Origin: Nitrosopumilaceae archaeon
Lineage (GTDB): Archaea > Thermoproteota > Nitrososphaeria > Nitrososphaerales > Nitrosopumilaceae
Direction: 5' to 3'
Assembly (NCBI GenBank): GCA_965207375.1
Contig: OZ242274.1
Location: 544,001-608,000 of the forward strand
Length of the DNA stretch: 64,000 nucleotides
Position 1 is the first letter of the stretch, and every line of letters starts with the position of its first letter. The position numbers and the translations under genes were made by a program. This document shows positions 11,399-21,134 of this stretch, in pieces. Under the pieces are notes generated by a model that saw only the letters and a list, made by a program, of their open reading frames with translations, ran no database searches and was not told the DNA's origin.

Positions 11399-11689
11399 AT
11401 GCAGAAAAGAATTTTAGCAGGTGTTTTGATGAGTGTGGGAATAACGATATCTGTCTTGATATTTCCTTTTATATTCAACGGGGGCGGCAGCTGGAGTGGA
11501 CCGTCCGATGGATACGTACGACCTCCTTCTGATCTTCCGGCGTTGTTTCCAAGTCAGCATGACATTGACACAGTAGTTTGGGAGGCAGGAGTCTCAAACA
11601 CTACTGCGATTCTTGCACTAATTGAATCAGGATACAATGTAGAAGAGGCAGTCAGTCATTTACGCTATTGTACAGAAGTAGGGTTGTAA
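11399..11689 (+). CDS. Small N-terminally membrane-anchored hypothetical protein
   Basis: MQKR followed by a hydrophobic helix. Its ATG overlaps the ISH3 TSD. Confidence 0.55.
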   Translation: MQKRILAGVLMSVGITISVLIFPFIFNGGGSWSGPSDGYVRPPSDLPALFPSQHDIDTVVWEAGVSNTTAILALIESGYNVEEAVSHLRYCTEVGL

Positions 11690-11846
11690 CATATCCATTT
11701 TGGTAATCATATGTGAACACATGATAACCACCCCGGTGCAGTGCTAGTGGTGGATCGACCCCTGATTAGGTGTGGGCTATGCGCCCTGATAGATGTGTGC
11801 AGCTTCCGATCCGTCAACAAATCCGCAAGGAGGTGAAAGAAAAAGG

Positions 11847-12340
11847 ATGAAAACATACATTGGAATAGACATTGGAAAGAAAAAGTGTGACGTATGCGTC
11901 ATAAACGGTACAGGACGAGTACTTGAGACCTGTCAGTATATGAACACGGTAGCAGATGCTAAAAAGTTTGCAGGAACCATGGCACGAAAATACACGGGAA
12001 ATAAAAAAACATGCAGTGCTGCATGTGAAACTACAGGCAACATGTGGAATGTCACCTATACTAAATTTGAGGCAGCAGGCATACCAATCAAGCTTGCCAA
12101 TACGTACAAGATGGCTATAATTGCCAAGACTGGTAAAAAGACAGACAAGGTGGATGCACAAAAGATAGCACAGGTATTACGAATGGATATGATTCCAGAG
12201 TGTCCTGCAACCAGAATCCGAGCCAATTATGCTACCTACACCAAAATCGATACCTGATCTATTTCCCAAAGAATCAGATGCACAAAATTAACCGCCTGAC
12301 TGAGGAAATTGGAACGTCTTGATAATGAAATTGAGCATAT
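11847..12340 (+). pseudogene. IS110-family transposase fragment
   Basis: SD AGGAGGTGA, then MKTYIGIDIGK, ACETTG and KKTDKVDA. Frame degenerates after ~12200; coiled-coil remnant to ~12340. Confidence 0.85.
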
Positions 12341-12483
12341 CAACTGACAAAAGCAGCAATTGAAACTACAAACAGTAAAGCTGAAAAGAGAAAATCGAGG
12401 ATCTGCAAATAATCTCAACGGAGCAAATCCAGATAATTATACAGTTGAAAAAATCAAGCAGACAATTTTTGTCACCTGATGCT

Positions 12484-12681
12484 CTAGTTCTTTCTAATTG
12501 ATTCTAAAGAATGGCCTTTGTTAGTAACCATCTGAATTACTGCATCAGTTGGGTAATCAATACCATGCTCGTCTTCAAAATGATTTCTTAGCTCCTCAAT
12601 AAGAGAAATACTTGTTTCTCCATCTAGTTTAAAATTGCATTCAAAACCATAATCTTGACATTGCAGTACGATGCTCATCAA
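12484..12681 (-). CDS. DUF1059-like small metal-binding protein
   Basis: CQDYGFECNF...H...HG pattern. Confidence 0.75.
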   Translation of the reverse strand: MMSIVLQCQDYGFECNFKLDGETSISLIEELRNHFEDEHGIDYPTDAVIQMVTNKGHSLESIRKN

Positions 12682-12930
12682 TCCACGTTTTTAAAATAAC
12701 CTATAAAAACCATATTCATCTTTTTTATCAAAAACCATCTGAGTTTATTGCATTTTTATTCACATCTAATTTGTCTATAGTTGTAAGGGTATCAAACTTG
12801 CAGTATCTGCATGCACAATATTGGGGGTGTAATTTCTCAGTTTACCAAAAACTCCCACTATATCATCATGCCAATATTCTTACAATCTTTCTTGTAGAAA
12901 TTAATTGCAGGCTAGTGCCAACTGTCTCCA

Positions 12931-13224
12931 TCAAACCAATCTTTCTTGTATGGCCTCAACATAACGTGAATTGTATTTTGTAAAAAGTCTGATTTTATTT
13001 TGAGGCAACGCCATTGCTCCTGGCCTAGAATTGATCTCTTTTTCTAACTGCATCTGTCTTAAATTCTGCGTTTTTAATTCCTCTTTTGTTAAATTATCTA
13101 GATTTTTTAGCAACAGTGTCATCTCCTGCTCTAGTGCAACTCTGGTATCTTCTACATCGGGTTTGGCACCTAGAATTTCTTTGGCCTTGATTTTGCCAAA
13201 TACTAATTCATCTAGTTCTATCAT
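12931..13224 (-). CDS. Hypothetical protein
   Basis: 97-aa ORF with normal composition, divergent from the J-domain gene. Confidence 0.65.
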   Translation of the reverse strand: MIELDELVFGKIKAKEILGAKPDVEDTRVALEQEMTLLLKNLDNLTKEELKTQNLRQMQLEKEINSRPGAMALPQNKIRLFTKYNSRYVEAIQERLV

Positions 13225-13309
13225 GTAACCTCAAAATTTCTAGTTATTATAAAATCAATCCAGCCTGTCAACTATGATAAACTAAAAGTATGATGATTTT
13301 TGTAAAAAA

Positions 13310-14473
13310 ATGCAGGCAGATTCGATGGAAAGCAATTTTGACATCTTGGGGATTTCTGAAGGTTCATCATCTGGTGAGATCCGTGAGGCATTCAGAAAAT
13401 TGGCACTTACGCATCATTCGGATCGAGGTGGCCAAGATGAGCAATTCAAAAAAATCAAACAGGCATATGAGGATCTCAAGGAAGGCAAAAAATATCCAGA
13501 TACAGATGCTGAACTAAAAAGAAAATCACGTGTTTATTCAGACGACTCTGATGAGCAAATCAGACGCAAGAATGCGTTGCTTGCAAGAGAACTAGTCAAA
13601 GATATGAAAAATGCAGAGGAATGGATATCTGCGTTGAACCGTGCAGATACTGCTGCAACTAGGTTATTTGGTTCTAAAACTCTGGGTGAAATAGAGTTTG
13701 AAAGAAAGGCAACAGGAGCAGTTTTGATAAAGGGCAACTTTATGGCAGGAAAATTAACATATGACGGACCTATTTTTGTACAGGGCAACATTACAAGTCC
13801 TTCATGGAGTCCGGATGACTCTACGATAATACGTCTAACAAAAGGCGACTTTAAAATGATAAATCCGTTAGAAAACAAATACAAAATTGAAAACGGCGCA
13901 AAAATTATTGTTGACAGCGGAGATATTGTAGTTGGAAACGTATTTGGCAAAAAGGACAAAATTCAGGATCCCGACGGCAGAGTAGGAATCTACAACATTC
14001 GGGAACATAGAACCGAATTAAATGCACCATGCGGTAAAATTATTGTAGAAAACTCTGTCAATACTGTATATCTTAACGGCGATACCATTATTGCCCTTAA
14101 TCTAGAAGATGATGTAAAAATCAGGGGCCGCCAAATTCTAATCTACGGCAGCAAGATCACATACGATGTAGAGATTGAACTGCTCAAAGACGGCACAGTA
14201 AGATTCTTTGAGAACTTTTCAATCCAGGGCCTAAGCGATGATTCCACTATAAAATTGGAAAACGGAAAATCAATAAAGCTGCGCGATGTAAAAGTAAAAA
14301 AGATACGTGACCTGCCCAAAGAACTAGTGATTGATGCCAAATCATACGGCAAAGATGATACCATGGTGGGCCGGGGCTTTACAATTACTTATGCCATGCT
14401 TGATAATTTGGATAAAAAACCCGTAAAACGCCAGGGTAGATGGGCATCCAAATTTGGCTTTGGAAGAAATTGA
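13310..14473 (+). CDS. DnaJ/J-domain protein with large C-terminal beta-rich region
   Basis: FDILG...IREAFRKLALTHHSDRGG...FKKIKQAYE. Confidence 0.82.
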   Translation: MQADSMESNFDILGISEGSSSGEIREAFRKLALTHHSDRGGQDEQFKKIKQAYEDLKEGKKYPDTDAELKRKSRVYSDDSDEQIRRKNALLARELVKDMKNAEEWISALNRADTAATRLFGSKTLGEIEFERKATGAVLIKGNFMAGKLTYDGPIFVQGNITSPSWSPDDSTIIRLTKGDFKMINPLENKYKIENGAKIIVDSGDIVVGNVFGKKDKIQDPDGRVGIYNIREHRTELNAPCGKIIVENSVNTVYLNGDTIIALNLEDDVKIRGRQILIYGSKITYDVEIELLKDGTVRFFENFSIQGLSDDSTIKLENGKSIKLRDVKVKKIRDLPKELVIDAKSYGKDDTMVGRGFTITYAMLDNLDKKPVKRQGRWASKFGFGRN

Positions 14474-14734
14474 TGCAGGCCTAGTAAGGTTCATGCACGG
14501 ACTGCCTGTCTTTTTGGATTACATCCTGTACGACAAGACAGCATTATAACACCGCTGGCAAATACAAAAGACGGTACAAGTGTGGTACCATGATAATACA
14601 ATAAACCCTGGCAACAGTGTCATTGACTTGAGACATATGCCAAAGTTGACGAGTCAACCATTTCTGTATCTTGACCCGTTACAGGCAATTAACACTAAAC
14701 CAAAATAAAAATAAATTAAAATGATTGAACGTTT

Positions 14735-15034
14735 CTAGTCGACTAGTTCAGTCCAACCTTTTACGAAGACTGAATTCTTGTAGAGTGGAACTGGTTGTCC
14801 AACGGTAAAGTCCATTGGTCTCATCCAGAATATTGCTTTTGTTGGGCAAACGCCAATGCATGCTCCATCGGAGATACATCTTTCTGGGTAAAAGACAAAT
14901 GCTTTACCTCTCTTCCAGCCTTCTACTGGTTTTACTCTAAGGACATCTGGGCCCAATGTTGTACAGATTTCTACACATAGTGCGCATCCGATACACATTT
15001 GTTCGCTGATGTCTGGAATAATTCCTACTGGCAT
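14735..15034 (-). CDS. 4Fe-4S dicluster ferredoxin
   Basis: CIGCALCVEIC and CISDGACIGVCP motifs. Confidence 0.92.
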   Translation of the reverse strand: MPVGIIPDISEQMCIGCALCVEICTTLGPDVLRVKPVEGWKRGKAFVFYPERCISDGACIGVCPTKAIFWMRPMDFTVGQPVPLYKNSVFVKGWTELVD

Positions 15035-15087
15035 AACGATATTATCTCATAGTCAGATCTTAATATAACTTGCCCAAAAATTACACA

Positions 15088-15122
15088 TTATAACGGCGTT
15101 TCCAAATTTTATAACAGCGTTT
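15088..15122. promoter_or_regulatory. Tandem direct repeat upstream of the ferredoxin promoter
   Basis: TTATAAC(G/A)GCGTTT twice with a 21-bp period, just upstream of the minus-strand TATA (~15060-15069). Confidence 0.4.
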
Positions 15123-15142
15123 GAAAATCTGATCGCATGTTC

Positions 15143-15712
15143 TCAAATTTTGATAATTTTCTCGACTTGATTCTCGGCAGATAGAATTTCAATTTGGTCG
15201 GTACTGACAAAAAATTTTGATATTGACCTGTTTTCCAAGACATGTCTTCCGGTAGGATAAAGTATCCAAGCATCTCCTCTTAATTTGGCAACACTACTTA
15301 GAAATATCTTTGATTTACGGTTCCTAGACATGCTTGCAAGCATCATCATACATGAATTACAGTATCTGCCAGAATTCTTGTCATCAAATAATGTAAAGAA
15401 TCCATTTAACGAGTCAACCATCAAAACATGCTCCTCACTTGAAATTCTCTCTATAATCTCTTTGAGAGTATCGTTCCAACTTTTCCTATCTGGAGTAAAC
15501 AAAAGCACGTCGGCTTGTTTTTTTATTATATCTGACTGAACATACCCAGAATATAATAAATCAAGATCAAGATAGATTGTGGGAATGTCATACTCTTTGA
15601 TTATTTTCGCAATTATTGCCTCTTTTGCAAATCCGTTATGACACAAAATTGAATTTATAGAATCTGCAAACACCTCTCTTAGTTTTATATTGTTAGGATT
15701 TTTATCCAACAC
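15143..15712 (-). CDS. Hypothetical protein, degenerate RecA/KaiC-like fold
   Basis: IYLDLD and LMVDSLNG beta-strand motifs without a Walker A. Confidence 0.55.
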   Translation of the reverse strand: MLDKNPNNIKLREVFADSINSILCHNGFAKEAIIAKIIKEYDIPTIYLDLDLLYSGYVQSDIIKKQADVLLFTPDRKSWNDTLKEIIERISSEEHVLMVDSLNGFFTLFDDKNSGRYCNSCMMMLASMSRNRKSKIFLSSVAKLRGDAWILYPTGRHVLENRSISKFFVSTDQIEILSAENQVEKIIKI

Positions 15713-15739
15713 TTTTTTTATTTTATTTGATGTATAATA

Positions 15740-16891
15740 ATGAAGTTAGACTCTGATGATATTATTTGTGATTTTGCCCATGACGGAAAAACATACCTAA
15801 ACAACGCCTCAGTCTCGCTAATGCCATTGCAAAGCATTGATGCAATGAGGGATTTTTTGATTCAATACAGTGCCATGGGTCCTGATTCGGCGGCCTCAGA
15901 ATCCTTTGTGACCCAAAAATTCAAAAATGTGCGCAAAACCATCTCCAAAATCATCAACTGTCAACCTGAAGAAATCATCATAACTCAAAGTGTTACTGAT
16001 GGAATCAATCTTGTATCCAACGGACTCTCCTTTGATGCAGATTCTGAAATTATTATCCGCGGTCTTTCTCATGAGCACCATGCCAATTATTATCCGTGGC
16101 TCAAACTCGGAGACCGATACAAGCTGCGGAATCTTTTGGTTACCAAAGACGGCCTTTTTGACATAGACTTGTTACAGCAAACTATCAACGAAAATACAAA
16201 ATTGCTATCCCTAAGTCACGGATTGTACAATACAGGTGCAATCCTGCCCGTTGATACAATCGGACAAATAGCTAGACAAAATAACATTGTGTATTTTGTA
16301 GATGCAGCTCAAACCGTAGGATGTACTGATCTTGTCAATGTTAAAACCATGCATTGTGATTTTATGTCATTTAACGGCTCCAAATGGCTTTGTGGTCCGA
16401 TGGGCACAGGCATCTTTTACTGTAACAAAAAATCAAGCCAGTTACTGACGCCACCTACAATAGGCGGCGAATCTGCAATGTTACATGAGGGCAGACTTGC
16501 ATACAAAGACATTCCAGACAAGTTTCAAACGGGATTTCGAAATTACGCTGGCCTAGTTGGCCTCGAAAGCTCTACAAGCTATCTAGCTGATTTGGGAATC
16601 CATAATATCCGCAAAAAAATAATCACACTTGCCAATATCCTGCGTGATGAGCTATCGCACATTTCAGGTGTTACACTGTATGGTCCACAAAACGAGAATC
16701 AGCGTACAAGTATAGTGTCATTTTGTATTGACGGCTTTGAACCAAAGTATGTTGTTGAAAAATTAGAAAAGCACGGCGTGGTTTTGGCAGTACGTGAAAT
16801 TGTACAAAAAAAGATTATACGCGCCTCGCCACATCTGTTTAATTCTGAAAAAGACATCATGTCGGTTATAGAATTGATAAAACAGCTATGA
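15740..16891 (+). CDS. Class V PLP aminotransferase / cysteine desulfurase-like protein
   Basis: YLNNAS, EHHAN, VDAAQ, NGSKWLCGP and IRASPH motifs. Confidence 0.88.
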   Translation: MKLDSDDIICDFAHDGKTYLNNASVSLMPLQSIDAMRDFLIQYSAMGPDSAASESFVTQKFKNVRKTISKIINCQPEEIIITQSVTDGINLVSNGLSFDADSEIIIRGLSHEHHANYYPWLKLGDRYKLRNLLVTKDGLFDIDLLQQTINENTKLLSLSHGLYNTGAILPVDTIGQIARQNNIVYFVDAAQTVGCTDLVNVKTMHCDFMSFNGSKWLCGPMGTGIFYCNKKSSQLLTPPTIGGESAMLHEGRLAYKDIPDKFQTGFRNYAGLVGLESSTSYLADLGIHNIRKKIITLANILRDELSHISGVTLYGPQNENQRTSIVSFCIDGFEPKYVVEKLEKHGVVLAVREIVQKKIIRASPHLFNSEKDIMSVIELIKQL

Positions 16892-17146
16892 TTTTTCCTG
16901 TTCCTCTATCACCATCATGGTCAGAGTAGATTGTACCTTTGCTATCTTTCTAATTTTATTGGTGATAACTGCGCGTAAAACCTCTGCACTTGCAGCAGAC
17001 ACCTTGATCACAATATCGTATACTCCATAAACTCCCCGTACCTCATATGTGATTTCATCCTGTGCATCTAAGATCTGCTTTACTTCCTTAATTATGGATT
17101 CGTCAGAACCCAGATCCGAATTAAGTAAAACGTATGAAGTAGGCAC
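16886..17146 (-). CDS. Stand-alone Lrp/AsnC ligand-binding (RAM) domain protein
   Basis: YVLLN...GVYGVYDIVIKV...STLT. Confidence 0.88.
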   Translation of the reverse strand: MPTSYVLLNSDLGSDESIIKEVKQILDAQDEITYEVRGVYGVYDIVIKVSAASAEVLRAVITNKIRKIAKVQSTLTMMVIEEQEKS

Positions 17147-17429
17147 ATTTGAGAATCCACAGGGACAATATTTAACCTTTCAAAAACACTTGCAAAAAAC
17201 AGGATCAAATGTACCGTTATTTCAAAGGCAGAGTTACAAAAATGTGGTATTTTGCTGTCTGCTTGCTGTAGGCTATTCTGTCTATCACTTTCATACGAGG
17301 TATTGTAGCGCCAGCCCTCAGATTCAACATAGACAGTACGTAGCCGTAGGAGAAAAATTCTTCATATAGCATCTATCTAACGAAAATTGAAAGTTTATAT
17401 CATAATAAAAGGCAGATTGTTGCAAGAAT

Positions 17430-19217
17430 TTGAATAAAATAAAATTAGCAATACCCATGTTTGCACTAATTCTCTTGGTGCCATCAGTAGTACTTGCACA
17501 ACAAACAAATGAATTAAACACAAAAGAAATAGATAATCCTCACATTTTATCACCTAGTGATGTTGTAGGTCCGGTAGGACGAGCTGATGACTTGAATGCC
17601 GCTCACAGTGAATTAACTAATATAATGCAACAACAGTCTTTTGGAAATTTTGATACACCTGATTATCCCTTCATCCTAACAGCAGTTGATGAGCAAAAAG
17701 GTGACCTTGTTGTAGTGATGCATGCAATGGCGGCTGTGGCTAACATCGAATACGAAGAAGAAGAGATTGCAATTGCACTGAACACAGATGTTCCTATTGA
17801 TATTCAGTATGGTGTCTTTGTCTTAGAAGTGTCTCAATCAAGAATTGAGAGCTGGAAGCAGTACTATAAGGATAATTGCATTCCAGTAAAAGCAGGTTAT
17901 CAGACAGTCTGTAAAATTTTTGGAGATAACCTAAGAAAGGAAGGAATTGATCCTGATTCTTTAGGTTCTACATCTCCTGTTACTCCAAAACCTACAAAGT
18001 CAACCTCTCCATGTGATGAGGACGAAGATTCACTGGCTTGTTATTATTACAAACGGTACCAGGACAAATGCATTCCAACTAAAACCACATCTAGATGTGA
18101 TACTTATGCAACCCAGATTAAAAATGCAGGATATGAAGTACCAACTACAAAGCCCGCAACTATAGTCAAAGTTACACCACCAAAAGTTACTGGCCTACAG
18201 GCTGCAATGTCTGGTGATGATATCAAGGTAACATGGAATACGCCGCAATATGCAGTTGACAAGTATAGAGTGAACATATATGAAGATAACATACGTGTTG
18301 ATAGAGAGTATGTATATACAAACTCTTACACATACGATGAGGTAAAAAAAGGCAAAGATTACAAGTTTAGAGTGTATGTCTACTATGAGAGTAATGCGAA
18401 ACTGACATCGACTTATGGCGGATCTGTTTGGTCTAATGTGGTAAGTGTACCTGCTGGTACAACTACGATAACACCAGAATCCAATCCAAATCCTACCACG
18501 GCAGTTGAGACAAACTCGACGGCAATATATGGTGGAAATCTATACAATTTAAAAGTACAAAACAATACGCATAATTCTAACAGACTATCAACGGTTACAA
18601 TAGGTGCAACAAACAGTACCGGCTCTACAGGTGTTGTAGTAAGTGGTCACGGTATCATCTTACCTACAGGTTTTACATTTGCAGGTCATGCATTTGGAGC
18701 TAACAGTACTCTATTCTCAAATAGCATGGTACTAGTCCATTATGGACCACAAATAGATGCCTCATTCATACCAATTACAGAGCCTAACATAGTAGCAGAA
18801 AACAAAGTTCAATCTTTAACTGGAGATATAATATCTGTGGTCAATGGAACTTTGAGCAGTGTGCCGCATCTTGAAACTTTGTCCATCTATGGAAGTCAAA
18901 CAAATGGTAATGGTACTTTACTATACAAAAATGCTACGTCATTTTCAAATGAGGACAACCAACTCTTAACCAATGCAGGAATAGCTTTGTATCCTAGCAC
19001 TAATGGTGATAGTGGGGCTCCAATAACATACAACAATAGTGGAACTATACACATAGTCGGTGTGCATCATGGTGGTGTGTGTATTTTTCAACCAGTATCT
19101 ACTCCGAACCACAAAATTGATGTGAGTAATTATCCAAATTACTGCACTCCAGGCGCTACTTATTACAAGTTATTTAGTGCATGGGAACATGTAAGGGAGA
19201 CACTTTCGCTACAATGA
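17430..19217 (+). CDS. Secreted multidomain trypsin-like (S1) serine protease with FN3 domain
   Basis: Signal peptide, two Cys-pair repeats, FN3 (IKVTWN..YRV..YKFRV), and triad VVSGHG / IDASF / GDSGAP. Confidence 0.75.
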   Translation: MNKIKLAIPMFALILLVPSVVLAQQTNELNTKEIDNPHILSPSDVVGPVGRADDLNAAHSELTNIMQQQSFGNFDTPDYPFILTAVDEQKGDLVVVMHAMAAVANIEYEEEEIAIALNTDVPIDIQYGVFVLEVSQSRIESWKQYYKDNCIPVKAGYQTVCKIFGDNLRKEGIDPDSLGSTSPVTPKPTKSTSPCDEDEDSLACYYYKRYQDKCIPTKTTSRCDTYATQIKNAGYEVPTTKPATIVKVTPPKVTGLQAAMSGDDIKVTWNTPQYAVDKYRVNIYEDNIRVDREYVYTNSYTYDEVKKGKDYKFRVYVYYESNAKLTSTYGGSVWSNVVSVPAGTTTITPESNPNPTTAVETNSTAIYGGNLYNLKVQNNTHNSNRLSTVTIGATNSTGSTGVVVSGHGIILPTGFTFAGHAFGANSTLFSNSMVLVHYGPQIDASFIPITEPNIVAENKVQSLTGDIISVVNGTLSSVPHLETLSIYGSQTNGNGTLLYKNATSFSNEDNQLLTNAGIALYPSTNGDSGAPITYNNSGTIHIVGVHHGGVCIFQPVSTPNHKIDVSNYPNYCTPGATYYKLFSAWEHVRETLSLQ

Positions 19218-19462
19218 ATCAACGACTTTTAAATCGCTCCATTTTTTTAATTTTTTTAATATTTTTAATTGTTTTAATATATTTTCTAGTTTTTTATGAA
19301 AATTGCGAGGCTAATGCACAATATCCAATCATAGGAATAGAACCAAACGAAGACAATCTCAAGCTAACGGAACCTCTGCCACTTCAATTTGAAAAAAAAC
19401 AACCCACTGATATAGCATCCCCTAAAGATAAGGTAACAGAATCCATTAATGTACCATGTTAA
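19214..19462 (+). CDS. Small membrane-anchored protein coupled to the protease gene
   Basis: ATGA overlap with the protease stop; N-terminal hydrophobic helix (FLIFLIFLIVLIYFLVF). Confidence 0.6.
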   Translation: MNQRLLNRSIFLIFLIFLIVLIYFLVFYENCEANAQYPIIGIEPNEDNLKLTEPLPLQFEKKQPTDIASPKDKVTESINVPC

Positions 19463-19499
19463 ACTAGACAGGACCTTTTTCAACCATATCAACAAAATA

Positions 19500-19643
19500 A
19501 ACACAAAATGCTTTTGGAGCACATCATACAGTGTACTAGAATGCAGACAAGATAGTGCTGTTTTTAGATGAAGCATACATCTTACGAGACACAAGAGTTT
19601 TTCAAGACACGATATATCGTATTGATGTGGTATCCTGTGGACA
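19500..19643 (+). pseudogene. Possible IS630-like transposase remnant
   Basis: Short ADKIVLFLDEAY segment resembling the IS630 second-Asp motif; heavily decayed. Confidence 0.25.
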
Positions 19644-19740
19644 GTAACACTTTGACTTTAAGTTGCGTGTATAAAAAATGCCAAACCTATGATTTTTACA
19701 TTTAATTCAGGCATGGCATTTCATAAAATCGATCAGTTAC
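19644..19740. mobile_element. IS66-derived MITE-like remnant
   Basis: Left end GTAACACTTTGACTTT and right end AAATCGATCAGTTAC match IS66-type ends at 32505/34153/35326/40935. No TSD. Confidence 0.6.
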
Positions 19741-19747
19741 AATAAAT

Positions 19748-19848
19748 GTAAGTGTTAATGTCACGCTTGAATTTTTATTCTATCTTTTGACAGCAAAGTA
19801 ATTTCGTGCCTAAAATTATTATAAATTCAAAACAACGTTAACAGATAC
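19748..19848. mobile_element. 101-bp MITE (copy 2, inverted)
   Basis: Reverse complement of 8954-9054 with 2 mismatches; 8-bp TSD CAATAAAT. Confidence 0.92.
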
Positions 19849-20026
19849 CAATAAATCGTGTATCAGATGCAGACATAAAGACATTTGACATCATAAGCTG
19901 CATTATAATTTGGGAGAAAGAGGACACAAGCATCTAGGAAAATATACTGAAACGATATCAGGAACCTGACATACTACAAAATGTCCCGTCAAAAGGGTAT
20001 TAAACCGATATCTAGTGAGTTATTTG

Positions 20027-20455
20027 ATGACTTACAGTTGCAGTTTTAGACAAGGAACTGTATCATCCAAAAAAAATGCGGTTTGGAGTGCATAAAGTAC
20101 TGCCCGGTAAACAAATCAGGCGCAAATTGACGAGGATATCTGCAATGGGTGTGGAATATGTGTAAAGGTATGTCCCTTTGATGCAGTAACAATCGTCAAT
20201 CTAGCATCAGAGCTTGCAACGGATAAGATTCACCAGTATGGAATTAATTCATTTAGACTTTACAGGTTGCCTACTCCAAAAAAGGGAGAGGTGATGAGAC
20301 TGCTTGGATTCATCAATGCAGTGAAAAGTACCATTGTAAACATCCTGTCAGGAAATCTAAAGCCAAATCAGGGAAACTATGAAAATCCACCAGAATGGGA
20401 TGAAATTTTAACACGATACAGTGGAACAGAGCTTAAATCACATTTTCAAAAACTG
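20027..20455 (+). pseudogene. Truncated, frameshifted ABCE1/RLI ribosome-recycling ATPase fragment
   Basis: KCGLECIKYCPVN, CNGCGICVKVCPFDA, HQYGINSFRLYRLPTP and KSTIVNILSGNLKPN are in broken frames; Walker A is damaged. Confidence 0.85.
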
Positions 20456-20483
20456 ATTTATTCAAATCATGTACAGTCATATC

Positions 20484-21134
20484 ATGATTGTAGATTTGAC
20501 ACTGACAATATCTCAAAAACTGCCAAGCTTTCCTGGCTCTCCTACACCTCAATTTCTCAGATGGGCAGATCTAAGATCGGATGGATATAATTTGGAATTA
20601 ATGTTTATGAGCTCACATTCTGGGACGCATATTGATGCACCCTTTCATTTTGCCGCAGGCGGCAAAACAGTTGAGCAAATTCCTCTAGGCAGGCTGGTAA
20701 GAGACGCAATTATCATCAAGATTCCCAAAAAGTCTGACTGTCTGATAACAAAAAACGACCTGATTTTATTTGAGAACAAAAACGGCACGATACCTGACTA
20801 TAGTACTGTAGTGTTTTATACAGGATGGCAAAAAAATATTCTAAAGAAAAACTATTTCACAAATAATCCCGGTTTGTCAAAAGAGGCAGCTCGGTACCTA
20901 GTTTCCAAACAAATCAATCTTGTAGGTATAGATTCGCCAAGCATCGATGTTGGAACAGATCAAAAGTTTTCGGTGCATCGTCTTTTGTCCAAAAACAACA
21001 TTTTGATTGTAGAAAATCTGGCAAATTTGCAAAAAATTACAAAATCAAAATTTTCATTAACTGTACTGCCTCTGAAATTAAAGAATGCATCAGGCTCACC
21101 GGTCAGGGCGGTAGGAATCTATTCAAGCACATGA
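20484..21134 (+). CDS. Cyclase family protein (kynurenine formamidase-like)
   Basis: HSGTHIDAPFH, GIDSPSID, ENLAN and SGSPVRA motifs. Confidence 0.9.
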   Translation: MIVDLTLTISQKLPSFPGSPTPQFLRWADLRSDGYNLELMFMSSHSGTHIDAPFHFAAGGKTVEQIPLGRLVRDAIIIKIPKKSDCLITKNDLILFENKNGTIPDYSTVVFYTGWQKNILKKNYFTNNPGLSKEAARYLVSKQINLVGIDSPSIDVGTDQKFSVHRLLSKNNILIVENLANLQKITKSKFSLTVLPLKLKNASGSPVRAVGIYSST

